Origin: Deltaproteobacteria bacterium TL4
GTDB lineage: Bacteria; SAR324; NAC60-12
Direction: 5' to 3'
NCBI GenBank assembly: GCA_051382335.1
Contig: JBBCAX010000024.1
Span: forward strand, 1 to 27,766
Length of the DNA stretch: 27,766 nucleotides
This document shows positions 9,431 through 17,922 of the stretch, piece by piece. The position numbers and the translations under genes were made by a program. Position 1 is the stretch's first letter, and each line of letters opens with the position of its first letter. The notes beneath the pieces are model-generated. The model was not told the origin of the DNA. It did no database searches and saw nothing but the letters and a program-made list of their open reading frames with translations.

Positions 9431-9480
9431 AGAGGTATTCAGTGACGTTACCAAGGCTTTATCCTGGGTGGATTATTTTT

Positions 9481-9520
9481 ATCTGCGTTTATCTGCGAAA
9501 AACTGCGGCTGAATCGTTAC
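9481..9520 (-). repeat. Isolated IS66-like (GTAAC) MITE end
   Basis: Reverse complement GTAACGATTCAGCCGCAGTTTTTCGCAGATAAACGCAGAT matches 23530-23569 at 34/40. Confidence 0.6.
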
Positions 9521-9555
9521 AATTTTTCAAGTTGAAATAAAAGAAAGGGAACACC

Positions 9556-12543
9556 ATGGAAGTTTTGAAACAACCGGATGCATCTCATATTGACAATCAA
9601 ATCCTTGAATTAGGCGCTAAGTTTCAAAGCCAGCTTAGCCGTAAATTTCACAACTTGCTCAATAAAGATTACTGGCAAGAGTTATTAATGGATTGGGTCA
9701 TGAAGGATCCGGATTTCAAAATTGATATGTTTCATTTTATTGATGTGCTGCCTGTTTTAAAAACCAATCAACAAATGGCAGAGCATATTGAAGAATACTT
9801 GCTGCAAAAACAAAGAGACCTTCCTGGTGTGATTAATGTTGGTTTAAAGGCCGCGTTGGGAGGCGTTACCGGGGGATTGGCGACCCGTACTGTTCGCAAA
9901 AATATCATGGATATGTCGGAACGTTTCATCCTTAGCGCCGATGTTCCGGGGGCCCTCTCCGGATTGCGGCGACTTCATAGCAAACGGATGGGATTTACCG
10001 TGGATATTTTAGGAGAAGAGACCGTTAGTGACGTTGAAACTCAAGCCTATCAACACAAGTACTTTGAATTGATCGAACTGCTGGCCAAAGAATCCGCCTC
10101 CTGGAGAGAAGATGATTTGATTGACAGAAATCACTTGGGCCCTATTCCCAGAGCCAATGTCTCTCTGAAAATCTCAGCCCTGGACCCTTTCCTGGATTCT
10201 GTGGATAACGCGGGTGCTGTCGGACGCTTAAAAGAAAAAATCATTCCTTTATTACTGCATGCGAAAAAGCATGAGGTGTTTGTCAATTTTGATCTCGAAC
10301 AATGGGAGTACCATAACATCACCTATGATCTGCTGGAAGAAATCCTCGCTCATCCCGAATTAAGGAATTGGCCGCATCTCGGCACCGTGGTTCAAGCCTA
10401 TCTTACCAGTTCCAGAAAAGATTTATCCCGCTTGCTCTCCTTGTCCCGCTCACGAGGAACACCTCTTACCGTCCGCTTGGTCAAGGGGGCTTATTGGGAT
10501 TATGAAAGGGTTCACGCAAAACAACATGGCTATGTGTGTCCGGTCTACACCTCCAAAGCGGAAACAGATGCCAATTATGAGCAGTTGAGCGTCATGCTGC
10601 TGGAACACATAGAAGATCTTTTTCCCGCTTTCGCGAGTCATAATTTACGTTCCATTTTTCATGCGATTGTGCAAGCCAGGGAAAAGAAAATTCCTCAGAA
10701 CGCTTTTGAAATTCAAGTCCTTTATGGAATGGCGGATGAGGAAAGAAAAACCTTGCGGACCATGGGGAACCGTGTGCGCGTTTATACGCCTGTTGGGGAT
10801 TTGTTGCCAGGCATGGCCTATCTGGTCAGACGGTTGTTGGAAAACACAGCCAACAGTAGTTTTTTAAAGCAACGTCATCATGATGGTCTCAATTTAAAAA
10901 CACTCCTGGTACGGCCTAACCCCTCACCAGGTGTGGGGGATTCCTCAAAAATGATTTACGGCGATATCCAAAGCCCTTTCGCGAACACACCTCAGTTGGA
11001 TTTTACTCAACCCGAAACCTCGCCACAACTCCAATCCGCCATTGAGAAGCTCCAAAAAATGCTGCCCTATGAAGTGCCTGTCGTGATCAAAGGAGAAAAA
11101 CGTTTTTCTGAGGATCTGTGGGCGCATCCTTCTCCCAATAAGACAGAGTGGCTCTGTTCTAAAGTCTCCTTTGCGACGTTCAACGATGTGGATGAGGCGA
11201 TTGAATCCGCAATTCAAGCCTGGCCGGAGTGGAGAGATAAACCTCTAAAACAACGGGCGTTCTTATTGGAGAAGCTTGCGGATAAACTTCAAGAGGATCG
11301 GTTTGAATTAGCCGCGTTACAAATGTTTGAAGTCGGGAAACCTTGGCGAGATGCCGATGCGGATGTGGTGGAGGCGATTGATTTTTGCCGCTATTACGCT
11401 CGTCAAGCCTTGATGGAATTGAAACCCAGAAAACAAGGGGACATGGATGGGGAAAGTAACATCCTGTTTTATGAAGGTCGAGGTCCAACCGCTGTGATCG
11501 CTCCCTGGAATTTTCCTCTTGCCCTTCTTTGCGGGATGTCTGTCGCTGCGCTTGTCGCGGGGAATCCTGTCCTCTTGAAGCCTGCGGAACAGTCGAGCGC
11601 GATCGCTTACGAATTTTTTAAACGCTTGCTGGCTGTGGGATTTCCTAAAGAGGTGATTCATTTTCTTCCAGGAAAAGGGCCTGTCATTGGAAGCTATTTG
11701 GTGGAGCATCCGGAGATCGTTCAAATTGCCTTCACCGGAAGTAAGGAAGTGGGTTTGTCGATTATCAAAAAGGCGGGAATTACCCTTGAAAATCAGTATC
11801 AGGTTAAGAAAATCGTCTGCGAAATGGGAGGAAAAAACGCCATTATTATTGATGACGACGCCGATCTGGATCTTGCGGTATCGGGTGTGCTTCAAAGTGC
11901 CTTTGGTTATGCCGGACAAAAATGTTCTGCCTGTTCCCGTGTTCTGGTCGTAGGCTCCGCGTACACAGATTTCATTTATCGCCTCATTGAAGCAACCCGA
12001 AGTCTGATTGTCGCGCCCGCGTATGAACCTCATTGCGGACTTGGCCCTGTCGTGGATCAGGAATCTTATGAGCGCTTAAAACAAATCATAGAAAAACCAA
12101 TTCATAATGCCGACCTGTTGTATTCAGGCGCGTTTCAACCAGGAGGATTTTTCATTCCAGCAACCATTTATGCGGTGGAGGATCCCCTTCACCCTTTGAT
12201 GCAGGAAGAACTCTTTGGTCCCATCCTGACCGTTTGTAAGACACGAACGTTCGAACAGGCTTTAGACCTCGCAAACAACACTGAATTTGCCTTAACAGGT
12301 TCCGTCTATTCTCGTTTGCCCAGCCATTTGAAGTTGGCAAGACGTCGTTTTCGAGTAGGGAATCTGTACCTCAACCGTGGCTGTACCGGTGCCCTGGTTG
12401 ATCGACAGCCCTTTGGCGGTTTTGGGATGAGCGGCATCGGCACCAAAGCTGGTGGACCCGGCTATTTGCTGAACTTTTCCGATCCCCGCTGTGTCACTGA
12501 AAATACAATGCGCCGAGGTTTTACTCCAGAATTGAAGGGGTAA
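9556..12543 (+). CDS. putA: Bifunctional proline dehydrogenase / P5C dehydrogenase PutA (no DNA-binding domain seen)
   Basis: PRODH motifs VRLVKGAYWDYE, FASHN, MAYLVRRLLENTAN. ALDH motifs IAPWNFPLA, FTGS, CEMGGKN, FGYAGQKCSAC, QEELFGP, QPFGGFGMSG. Confidence 0.97.
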   Translation: MEVLKQPDASHIDNQILELGAKFQSQLSRKFHNLLNKDYWQELLMDWVMKDPDFKIDMFHFIDVLPVLKTNQQMAEHIEEYLLQKQRDLPGVINVGLKAALGGVTGGLATRTVRKNIMDMSERFILSADVPGALSGLRRLHSKRMGFTVDILGEETVSDVETQAYQHKYFELIELLAKESASWREDDLIDRNHLGPIPRANVSLKISALDPFLDSVDNAGAVGRLKEKIIPLLLHAKKHEVFVNFDLEQWEYHNITYDLLEEILAHPELRNWPHLGTVVQAYLTSSRKDLSRLLSLSRSRGTPLTVRLVKGAYWDYERVHAKQHGYVCPVYTSKAETDANYEQLSVMLLEHIEDLFPAFASHNLRSIFHAIVQAREKKIPQNAFEIQVLYGMADEERKTLRTMGNRVRVYTPVGDLLPGMAYLVRRLLENTANSSFLKQRHHDGLNLKTLLVRPNPSPGVGDSSKMIYGDIQSPFANTPQLDFTQPETSPQLQSAIEKLQKMLPYEVPVVIKGEKRFSEDLWAHPSPNKTEWLCSKVSFATFNDVDEAIESAIQAWPEWRDKPLKQRAFLLEKLADKLQEDRFELAALQMFEVGKPWRDADADVVEAIDFCRYYARQALMELKPRKQGDMDGESNILFYEGRGPTAVIAPWNFPLALLCGMSVAALVAGNPVLLKPAEQSSAIAYEFFKRLLAVGFPKEVIHFLPGKGPVIGSYLVEHPEIVQIAFTGSKEVGLSIIKKAGITLENQYQVKKIVCEMGGKNAIIIDDDADLDLAVSGVLQSAFGYAGQKCSACSRVLVVGSAYTDFIYRLIEATRSLIVAPAYEPHCGLGPVVDQESYERLKQIIEKPIHNADLLYSGAFQPGGFFIPATIYAVEDPLHPLMQEELFGPILTVCKTRTFEQALDLANNTEFALTGSVYSRLPSHLKLARRRFRVGNLYLNRGCTGALVDRQPFGGFGMSGIGTKAGGPGYLLNFSDPRCVTENTMRRGFTPELKG

Positions 12544-12713
12544 AAAAGACAAAAAACACGAAATAGAACTTAAATTGTCTTTACGCCTCTGTTGAAATGA
12601 GGTACGGAAAGCGGATAGCCTTAAAAAGGTTTCAAAACGTAGCTGGATTGATTCCAACTCATTGTTGGACGGTGGGTCCGTAAGCTGAAATGTTAACGTT
12701 TAAGGAGGTAGCG

Positions 12714-12944
12714 ATGTTTAAAACACTCTCATTGGCAAAAATGGCTTCTACCGCTGAAGAGCTTTCTTCTCAAGCGCAACAACTCCAGGATACGATTTCT
12801 TTCTTTAACGTTGGAATGAATGAGGGGCAGGTTACTGTCCTCATTCTTGATATGGACAAAGTTTTCTCTGTGAAGGAGCTTTCAATGGTCCAGAACGTAA
12901 ACGCAAGTGCGGTCGCCCCTGTAAGTAAGGATCATCCATTATGA
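12714..12944 (+). pseudogene. Chimeric remnant: MCP N-terminus + MCP C-terminus + CheW C-terminus
   Basis: AAGGAGG ribosome-binding site, then MFKTLSLAK (MCP-like start), MASTAEELSSQAQQLQDTISFF (typical MCP tail) and LILDMDKVFSVKELS, which parallels IAILDVNTIFSLEELT in the CheW at 21654. Confidence 0.65.
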
Positions 12945-14983
12945 ACAACCCTCTTTTGGAAATGAAGGATTTACCTCCCTTTGAGCAAATTCTTCCGCAA
13001 CATATGGAAGAGGCCATCACAACCGGCATCAACAGCAATTTACAAGAAATCGAATCCTTGTTGAAGCAATCGGTTCCTTACACTTGGGACAATTTGGTGT
13101 TGCCCCTGGAGACTCTGGATAATCGTTTGAACCGGATTTGGTCTCCCATCGGACATTTGAATGCGGTGATGAATTCTGACGAAATGCGTCAAGCGTACAA
13201 TGCGTGTTTGACTAAAATCTCTGAATATTCGACATTTATGGGACAGCACTATGAATTGTACCAGGCGTTCAAAAGTATTGCGGACGGAGCGGAATACCAC
13301 AAATTGACGGCTCCTCAACAAAAAATCATAGAGAACACCCTCAGAGATTTCAAACGGTCAGGCGTTGCGTTGCCTGAAGAACAAAAGCTGCGATATAAGG
13401 ACATTAAAAAACGGGTGACTGAACTTTCCTCCAAATTCAGTGAGAACGTTTTGGATGCGACGATGGCTTGGACAAAACATATTCTGGACCCAAAGGAATT
13501 AAAAGGGTTGCCTGAAACAGCACTGGAAACGGCAAAAGAGACGGCACGGCAAAAAGGCTTGGAAGGCTATCTTCTGACCTTGGAGCCTCCCTGTTTTACC
13601 GTGGTGATAACGTATGCGGATGATCGAAAGCTTCGGCAGGAAATCTATAAAGCTTACATCACCCGTGCTTCGGATCAAGGTCCCCATGCCGGTCAATGGG
13701 ACAATACAAAAATCATGGAGGAACTGCTACAGTTGCGACACGAATTAGCTCAGCTCCTGGGGCATGCCAATTATGCGGAACATTCTCTGGTTACCAAAAT
13801 GGCAGAAAATCCGGATCAGGTGATTTGTTTTCTCAAGGACTTGGTCGAGCGCTCAAAAGCCGCGGGCTTAAGAGAATATCAAGAGCTTCAAAACTACGCG
13901 AAAAAACACTATCAACAGGAATCTCTCGCGGCATGGGACTTGAGCTATTACTCCGAAAAACTCAAGCAGCACCAATATTCTATTTCCCAAGAAGAACTTC
14001 GTCCGTTTTTTCCTGAAGATACGGTGTTGGCAGGAATGTTTGAGGTCGTGAAGCGTTTATTTGGGGTACACGTCCAAGAGAAAAAAACGGTTCCCGTCTG
14101 GCATGAAAATGTCCGTTTTTTTGAATTATTTGATGAAGCCGGAATTCTTCGAGGAAGTTTTTATCTCGACTTGTATGCTCGACCTCATAAGCGGGGGGGC
14201 GCCTGGATGGATGAATGCCGTGTGCGTTTCCTGAACGCGCAAGGACAGTTACAAACGCCCGTCGCTTATTTGGTCTGTAATCTGAATAAACCTGTAGGTG
14301 GCAAGCCTGCTCTCTTCACACATCAAGAGACTCTCGTTTTGTTTCATGAATTTGGACATGGGTTACATCATCTCTTAACCTTAATGGATTATCCGAGTAT
14401 TGCCGGTATCAACGGTGTTGCCTGGGATGCGGTAGAGCTTCCCAGTCAGTTTTTAGAAAACTGGGTTTGGCAAAAAGAAGCGCTTGATTTCATCTCCGGA
14501 CATTATAAAACAGGGGCAGCTTTGTCCACAGAGGTTCTGAATCAGCTCCTCAATGCAAAAAACTTTCAATCCGGACTCCAAATGCTTCGACAATTGGAGT
14601 TCAGTTTGTTTGATTTTCTACTGCATCAAAATTTCCAACCCGAACGGGGCGCCCGTATTCAGGAAGTCTTAAATGAAGTCAGGGATGCCGTTTCTGTGGT
14701 GAAATCTCCTGAATTTAATCGTTTTCAACATGGCTTTACCCATATTTTTGCAGGGGGTTATGCCGCGGGCTATTATGGCTATAAATGGGCAGAGGTCCTG
14801 TCAAGTGACGCGTTTTCCCGGTTTGAGAAAGAAGGAATTTTTAATAGACAAACGGGTTTGGATTTTCTACATACTATACTGGAACAAGGGGGTTCGAAAA
14901 ACGCCATAGAGTTGTTTGAAGCGTTCCGTGGACGTCCTCAGAGTATTGAAGCTCTTTTGAAACATTGCGGAATTGAATCTTGA
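12941..14983 (+). CDS. prlC: Oligopeptidase A (M3A metallopeptidase)
   Basis: MNNPLL start, YLDLYARPHKRGGAWM, FHEFGHGLH (HExxH), WDAVELPSQFLENW, HIFAGGYAAGYYGYKWAEVL. Confidence 0.97.
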   Translation: MNNPLLEMKDLPPFEQILPQHMEEAITTGINSNLQEIESLLKQSVPYTWDNLVLPLETLDNRLNRIWSPIGHLNAVMNSDEMRQAYNACLTKISEYSTFMGQHYELYQAFKSIADGAEYHKLTAPQQKIIENTLRDFKRSGVALPEEQKLRYKDIKKRVTELSSKFSENVLDATMAWTKHILDPKELKGLPETALETAKETARQKGLEGYLLTLEPPCFTVVITYADDRKLRQEIYKAYITRASDQGPHAGQWDNTKIMEELLQLRHELAQLLGHANYAEHSLVTKMAENPDQVICFLKDLVERSKAAGLREYQELQNYAKKHYQQESLAAWDLSYYSEKLKQHQYSISQEELRPFFPEDTVLAGMFEVVKRLFGVHVQEKKTVPVWHENVRFFELFDEAGILRGSFYLDLYARPHKRGGAWMDECRVRFLNAQGQLQTPVAYLVCNLNKPVGGKPALFTHQETLVLFHEFGHGLHHLLTLMDYPSIAGINGVAWDAVELPSQFLENWVWQKEALDFISGHYKTGAALSTEVLNQLLNAKNFQSGLQMLRQLEFSLFDFLLHQNFQPERGARIQEVLNEVRDAVSVVKSPEFNRFQHGFTHIFAGGYAAGYYGYKWAEVLSSDAFSRFEKEGIFNRQTGLDFLHTILEQGGSKNAIELFEAFRGRPQSIEALLKHCGIES

Positions 14984-15024
14984 ATCAGGACGTTTTACGT
15001 TTTTTTTTAATTGAAAGAGAGGTT

Positions 15025-15516
15025 ATGGCACATTTTACCGATAAGATTTTTTCCTTTGAAAAAGCCTATTCCTTTGAAAAGATGACAGGAAAAAAAAACT
15101 ATGAACAACTGCTGTGGGAAGAGCTTTTATTCCAATTGGAAGATCTGGAAAACATGTGGTTCAATTTGTTCAATGGAACCCCGGAAGGTCTTTTCCCTTT
15201 GAGTCCAGAGCAGCAATATCAGTGCTCTTTAGAGCAACTGCTTTTTCGTCTAAAGGAGATATTACGCTTCATTGATCAGTACTCTGGTCCCAAAATTGTC
15301 AGGTTTATTTGCTCTGAAATCCGGGATTTAATTCAAGAAAAACGGATTATTGCGACCCCGTTTAATGACAATGAAATCAAACGGGTTAACTTGGTCCTGG
15401 CCGCGTTAAACGCAAATTTTCAACCGGCTATGGTTCAGTTGCAATTGTCAACCGTTAAGGAAATTTCCCACAAACTCAAGGAAGTCATGCAACCCTTGCT
15501 TAAAAGGGAGTTGTAA
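15025..15516 (+). CDS. Hypothetical protein
   Basis: Same frame as track ORF 14980..15516. The ATG at 15025 follows GAGAGG and is the likelier start. No motif recognised. Confidence 0.65.
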   Translation: MAHFTDKIFSFEKAYSFEKMTGKKNYEQLLWEELLFQLEDLENMWFNLFNGTPEGLFPLSPEQQYQCSLEQLLFRLKEILRFIDQYSGPKIVRFICSEIRDLIQEKRIIATPFNDNEIKRVNLVLAALNANFQPAMVQLQLSTVKEISHKLKEVMQPLLKREL

Positions 15517-15623
15517 CAAATGACGCGTTTTCAGTATGCCTTTCTTGATGGTACAGACTTTGACTGGATGGGGGATCAATCCACCCAGGCGAAAACAAAA
15601 TTAGGACACCTGAGGGACTAAAT

Positions 15624-17906
15624 ATGAATCCGGAGATGCAGGAAATATTGCAGGATTTTATCACAGAGAGTCGTGAGACGCTGGATAATGTTGAGCCAAT
15701 GATTCTTGATTTGGGAACAATGATTTTGCCTGAAGAAATGGAAAATGCCATAGGCAGTATTTTCCGCATGTTTCATACTTTGAAAGGGGGCGCCGGTTTT
15801 TTAAATCTTTCAAACACTGAAAAGGTGACTCATACCACAGAAAATTTGTTACAGCTTTTCCGGAAAGATCCCTCAACGCTTCGTGCAGAGCATATTGACT
15901 TGGTTAATGAAAGTTGTGATTTGATTCGGAAATTGTTAGAGCACGCTGAAATCGAATCTAACGACGAGACCTGTCCAGAACAGGTAGAGGCTTTAATTCA
16001 AAAACTCAAAGAAAACATAGAACTGGCTCAGCGTAGCACTGAATTATCCTCCACCTCCTTCGAAAAATCAATCACATCTTCAAAAGAAAATCAAGAGGAG
16101 TTGTTTTCGGTTTCGCTTACAGAAGATGTGCTTTCCGAGTTTATCAAAGATGCCAATGAGTATTTGGAAAAAGCAGAAGGCGCCTTACTGGTCTTGAATC
16201 AGTTAGGGAACGATATTGATTCCTTGGAATATCTCCAGACTATTTTCCGCTGCTTCCACACGCTGAAAAGCAATGCCGCCATGTTAAATTTTCAATCCAT
16301 CGAAGCTGTCGCACACAAAACAGAGTCCTTTTTGGAAGAGTTTAAATCTGGAAATGCCGAAGTTAATCAAGAGATTCAGAATCTGTTGTTCAAGGTCATC
16401 GATCTTCTGAAAGAGGCCGTTCATCAACTCACCGAGACACAAAAGATTGAACCGGATTTGTTTCATGAAATATTAAAGCAGTTGGATCTTCAGTGGTCCG
16501 ACTCCTCCGTGGAACAAGCTCATCAGGCCGTGGGGGATATTCTGGTGAAAATGGGGGTGGCACGTCCGGAGTCTGTTGAAATTGCGCTGAAACGTCAACG
16601 TGCGCCTGTGGGTGAATTGCTGGTAGAAATGGGGGAAATCAGGCAGCAGGATCTGGATAAAGCGCTGGAAAAGCAGGCTCGTGCCAAGGGGCAATCGGGA
16701 GCGTCTGTTTCCGCAAAACGTCAGGATATCCGTATTGGTTTGGACAAAGTGGATCAACTGGTTAATTTGATGGGCGAGTTGGTGATCGCCAACGCGATGA
16801 TTTCCAGTCATCCTGTGATGCGCTCAACCTCTTATGATGATTTGGAAGAGGCGGTTTCTCAACTGGGTAAAAATATTCGCAACCTCCAGGATGTGGCCAT
16901 GTCCATGCGTATGGTTCCTATCTCCTCAACTTTTCGTAAAATGTTGAGATTGGTCCATGATGTCGCGCAAAAAACAAGAAAACTTGCGCAACTGGAGTTG
17001 GTGGGTGAGAACACAGAGGTTGATAAAACGCTGGTGGAACTCATTGCCGATCCTTTATTGCATATCATTCGAAACGCTGTGGACCACGGTCTTGAATCCC
17101 CTGAAGAGCGTCGAGCCGCAGGTAAGAATCCTGAGGGACAGATCCTTTTGGAAGCGAGGCATTCTGGTAATGAAGTGTGGATTATTGTCAAAGATGATGG
17201 AAAAGGTCTGAATCGTGAAAAGATTCTTGAAAAAGCGCTGAGTCGTGGCTTAATTACCCCAGAGCAGCAACTTGTTGATGAAGATATTTGGAAACTGATT
17301 TTTGAACCTGGATTCTCAACCGCGGAAAAGGTGACCGATGTTTCAGGACGGGGGGTTGGAATGGATGTGGTTCGAAAAAATATTGAAAAATTGAGGGGAC
17401 GGGTTGACATCAGCACTCAAGCCGGAAAGGGATCTACGTTTCTTTTAAGAATTCCTTTGACCCTTTCCATTGTAGAGGGCTTGTTGGTTCGTGTTGGGCA
17501 AGCTCATTATGCGGTTCCCATTACCTCGGTACAGGAAGCCATACAGCCGCAACCCTCGGATATTAATAAAACTTTAAATAATACGGAAATGCTGAAACTG
17601 AGAGGGGAGCAATTGCCTGTCATCAGATTGAGTGAACTGCATCAGATTGAAACAAAAATCAAAAATCTGTATGAGGGGAATTTGATTGTGGTAGAGGAAA
17701 ATGAGGAGCAGGTGTGTCTTTTCGTTGATGAAGTGGTTGGACAGCAACAAATCGTGGTTAAAGGACTTCCCCGCTATATGGGACACCTGTCACATCTCGC
17801 AGGATGCACCATTTTAGGTAATGGGGAAATCGGACTTATTTTAGATATCAATGGTTTGATTAAAGATTTTTCCTTGGATAAATCAACCAAGCCAAGCAAA
17901 TGCTAG
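15624..17906 (+). CDS. cheA: Chemotaxis histidine kinase CheA with two Hpt domains
   Basis: IFRMFHTLKG and IFRCFHTLKS (two Hpt domains), dimerisation region DQLVNLMGELVI, HATPase HIIRNAVDHG/DDGKG/DVSGRGVGMDVV, and a C-terminal CheW domain. Confidence 0.96.
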   Translation: MNPEMQEILQDFITESRETLDNVEPMILDLGTMILPEEMENAIGSIFRMFHTLKGGAGFLNLSNTEKVTHTTENLLQLFRKDPSTLRAEHIDLVNESCDLIRKLLEHAEIESNDETCPEQVEALIQKLKENIELAQRSTELSSTSFEKSITSSKENQEELFSVSLTEDVLSEFIKDANEYLEKAEGALLVLNQLGNDIDSLEYLQTIFRCFHTLKSNAAMLNFQSIEAVAHKTESFLEEFKSGNAEVNQEIQNLLFKVIDLLKEAVHQLTETQKIEPDLFHEILKQLDLQWSDSSVEQAHQAVGDILVKMGVARPESVEIALKRQRAPVGELLVEMGEIRQQDLDKALEKQARAKGQSGASVSAKRQDIRIGLDKVDQLVNLMGELVIANAMISSHPVMRSTSYDDLEEAVSQLGKNIRNLQDVAMSMRMVPISSTFRKMLRLVHDVAQKTRKLAQLELVGENTEVDKTLVELIADPLLHIIRNAVDHGLESPEERRAAGKNPEGQILLEARHSGNEVWIIVKDDGKGLNREKILEKALSRGLITPEQQLVDEDIWKLIFEPGFSTAEKVTDVSGRGVGMDVVRKNIEKLRGRVDISTQAGKGSTFLLRIPLTLSIVEGLLVRVGQAHYAVPITSVQEAIQPQPSDINKTLNNTEMLKLRGEQLPVIRLSELHQIETKIKNLYEGNLIVVEENEEQVCLFVDEVVGQQQIVVKGLPRYMGHLSHLAGCTILGNGEIGLILDINGLIKDFSLDKSTKPSKC

Positions 17907-17922
17907 AACGTGAAGGAAATCA

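Noticed and set aside
400..9433. Palindromic repeats as a CRISPR array
   Set aside because: No regularly spaced direct repeats with unique spacers and no cas genes in the window.
12544..12583. AAAGACAA...TTGTCTTT inverted repeat after putA as a terminator
   Set aside because: Short AT-rich stem, long loop and no convincing U-tract.
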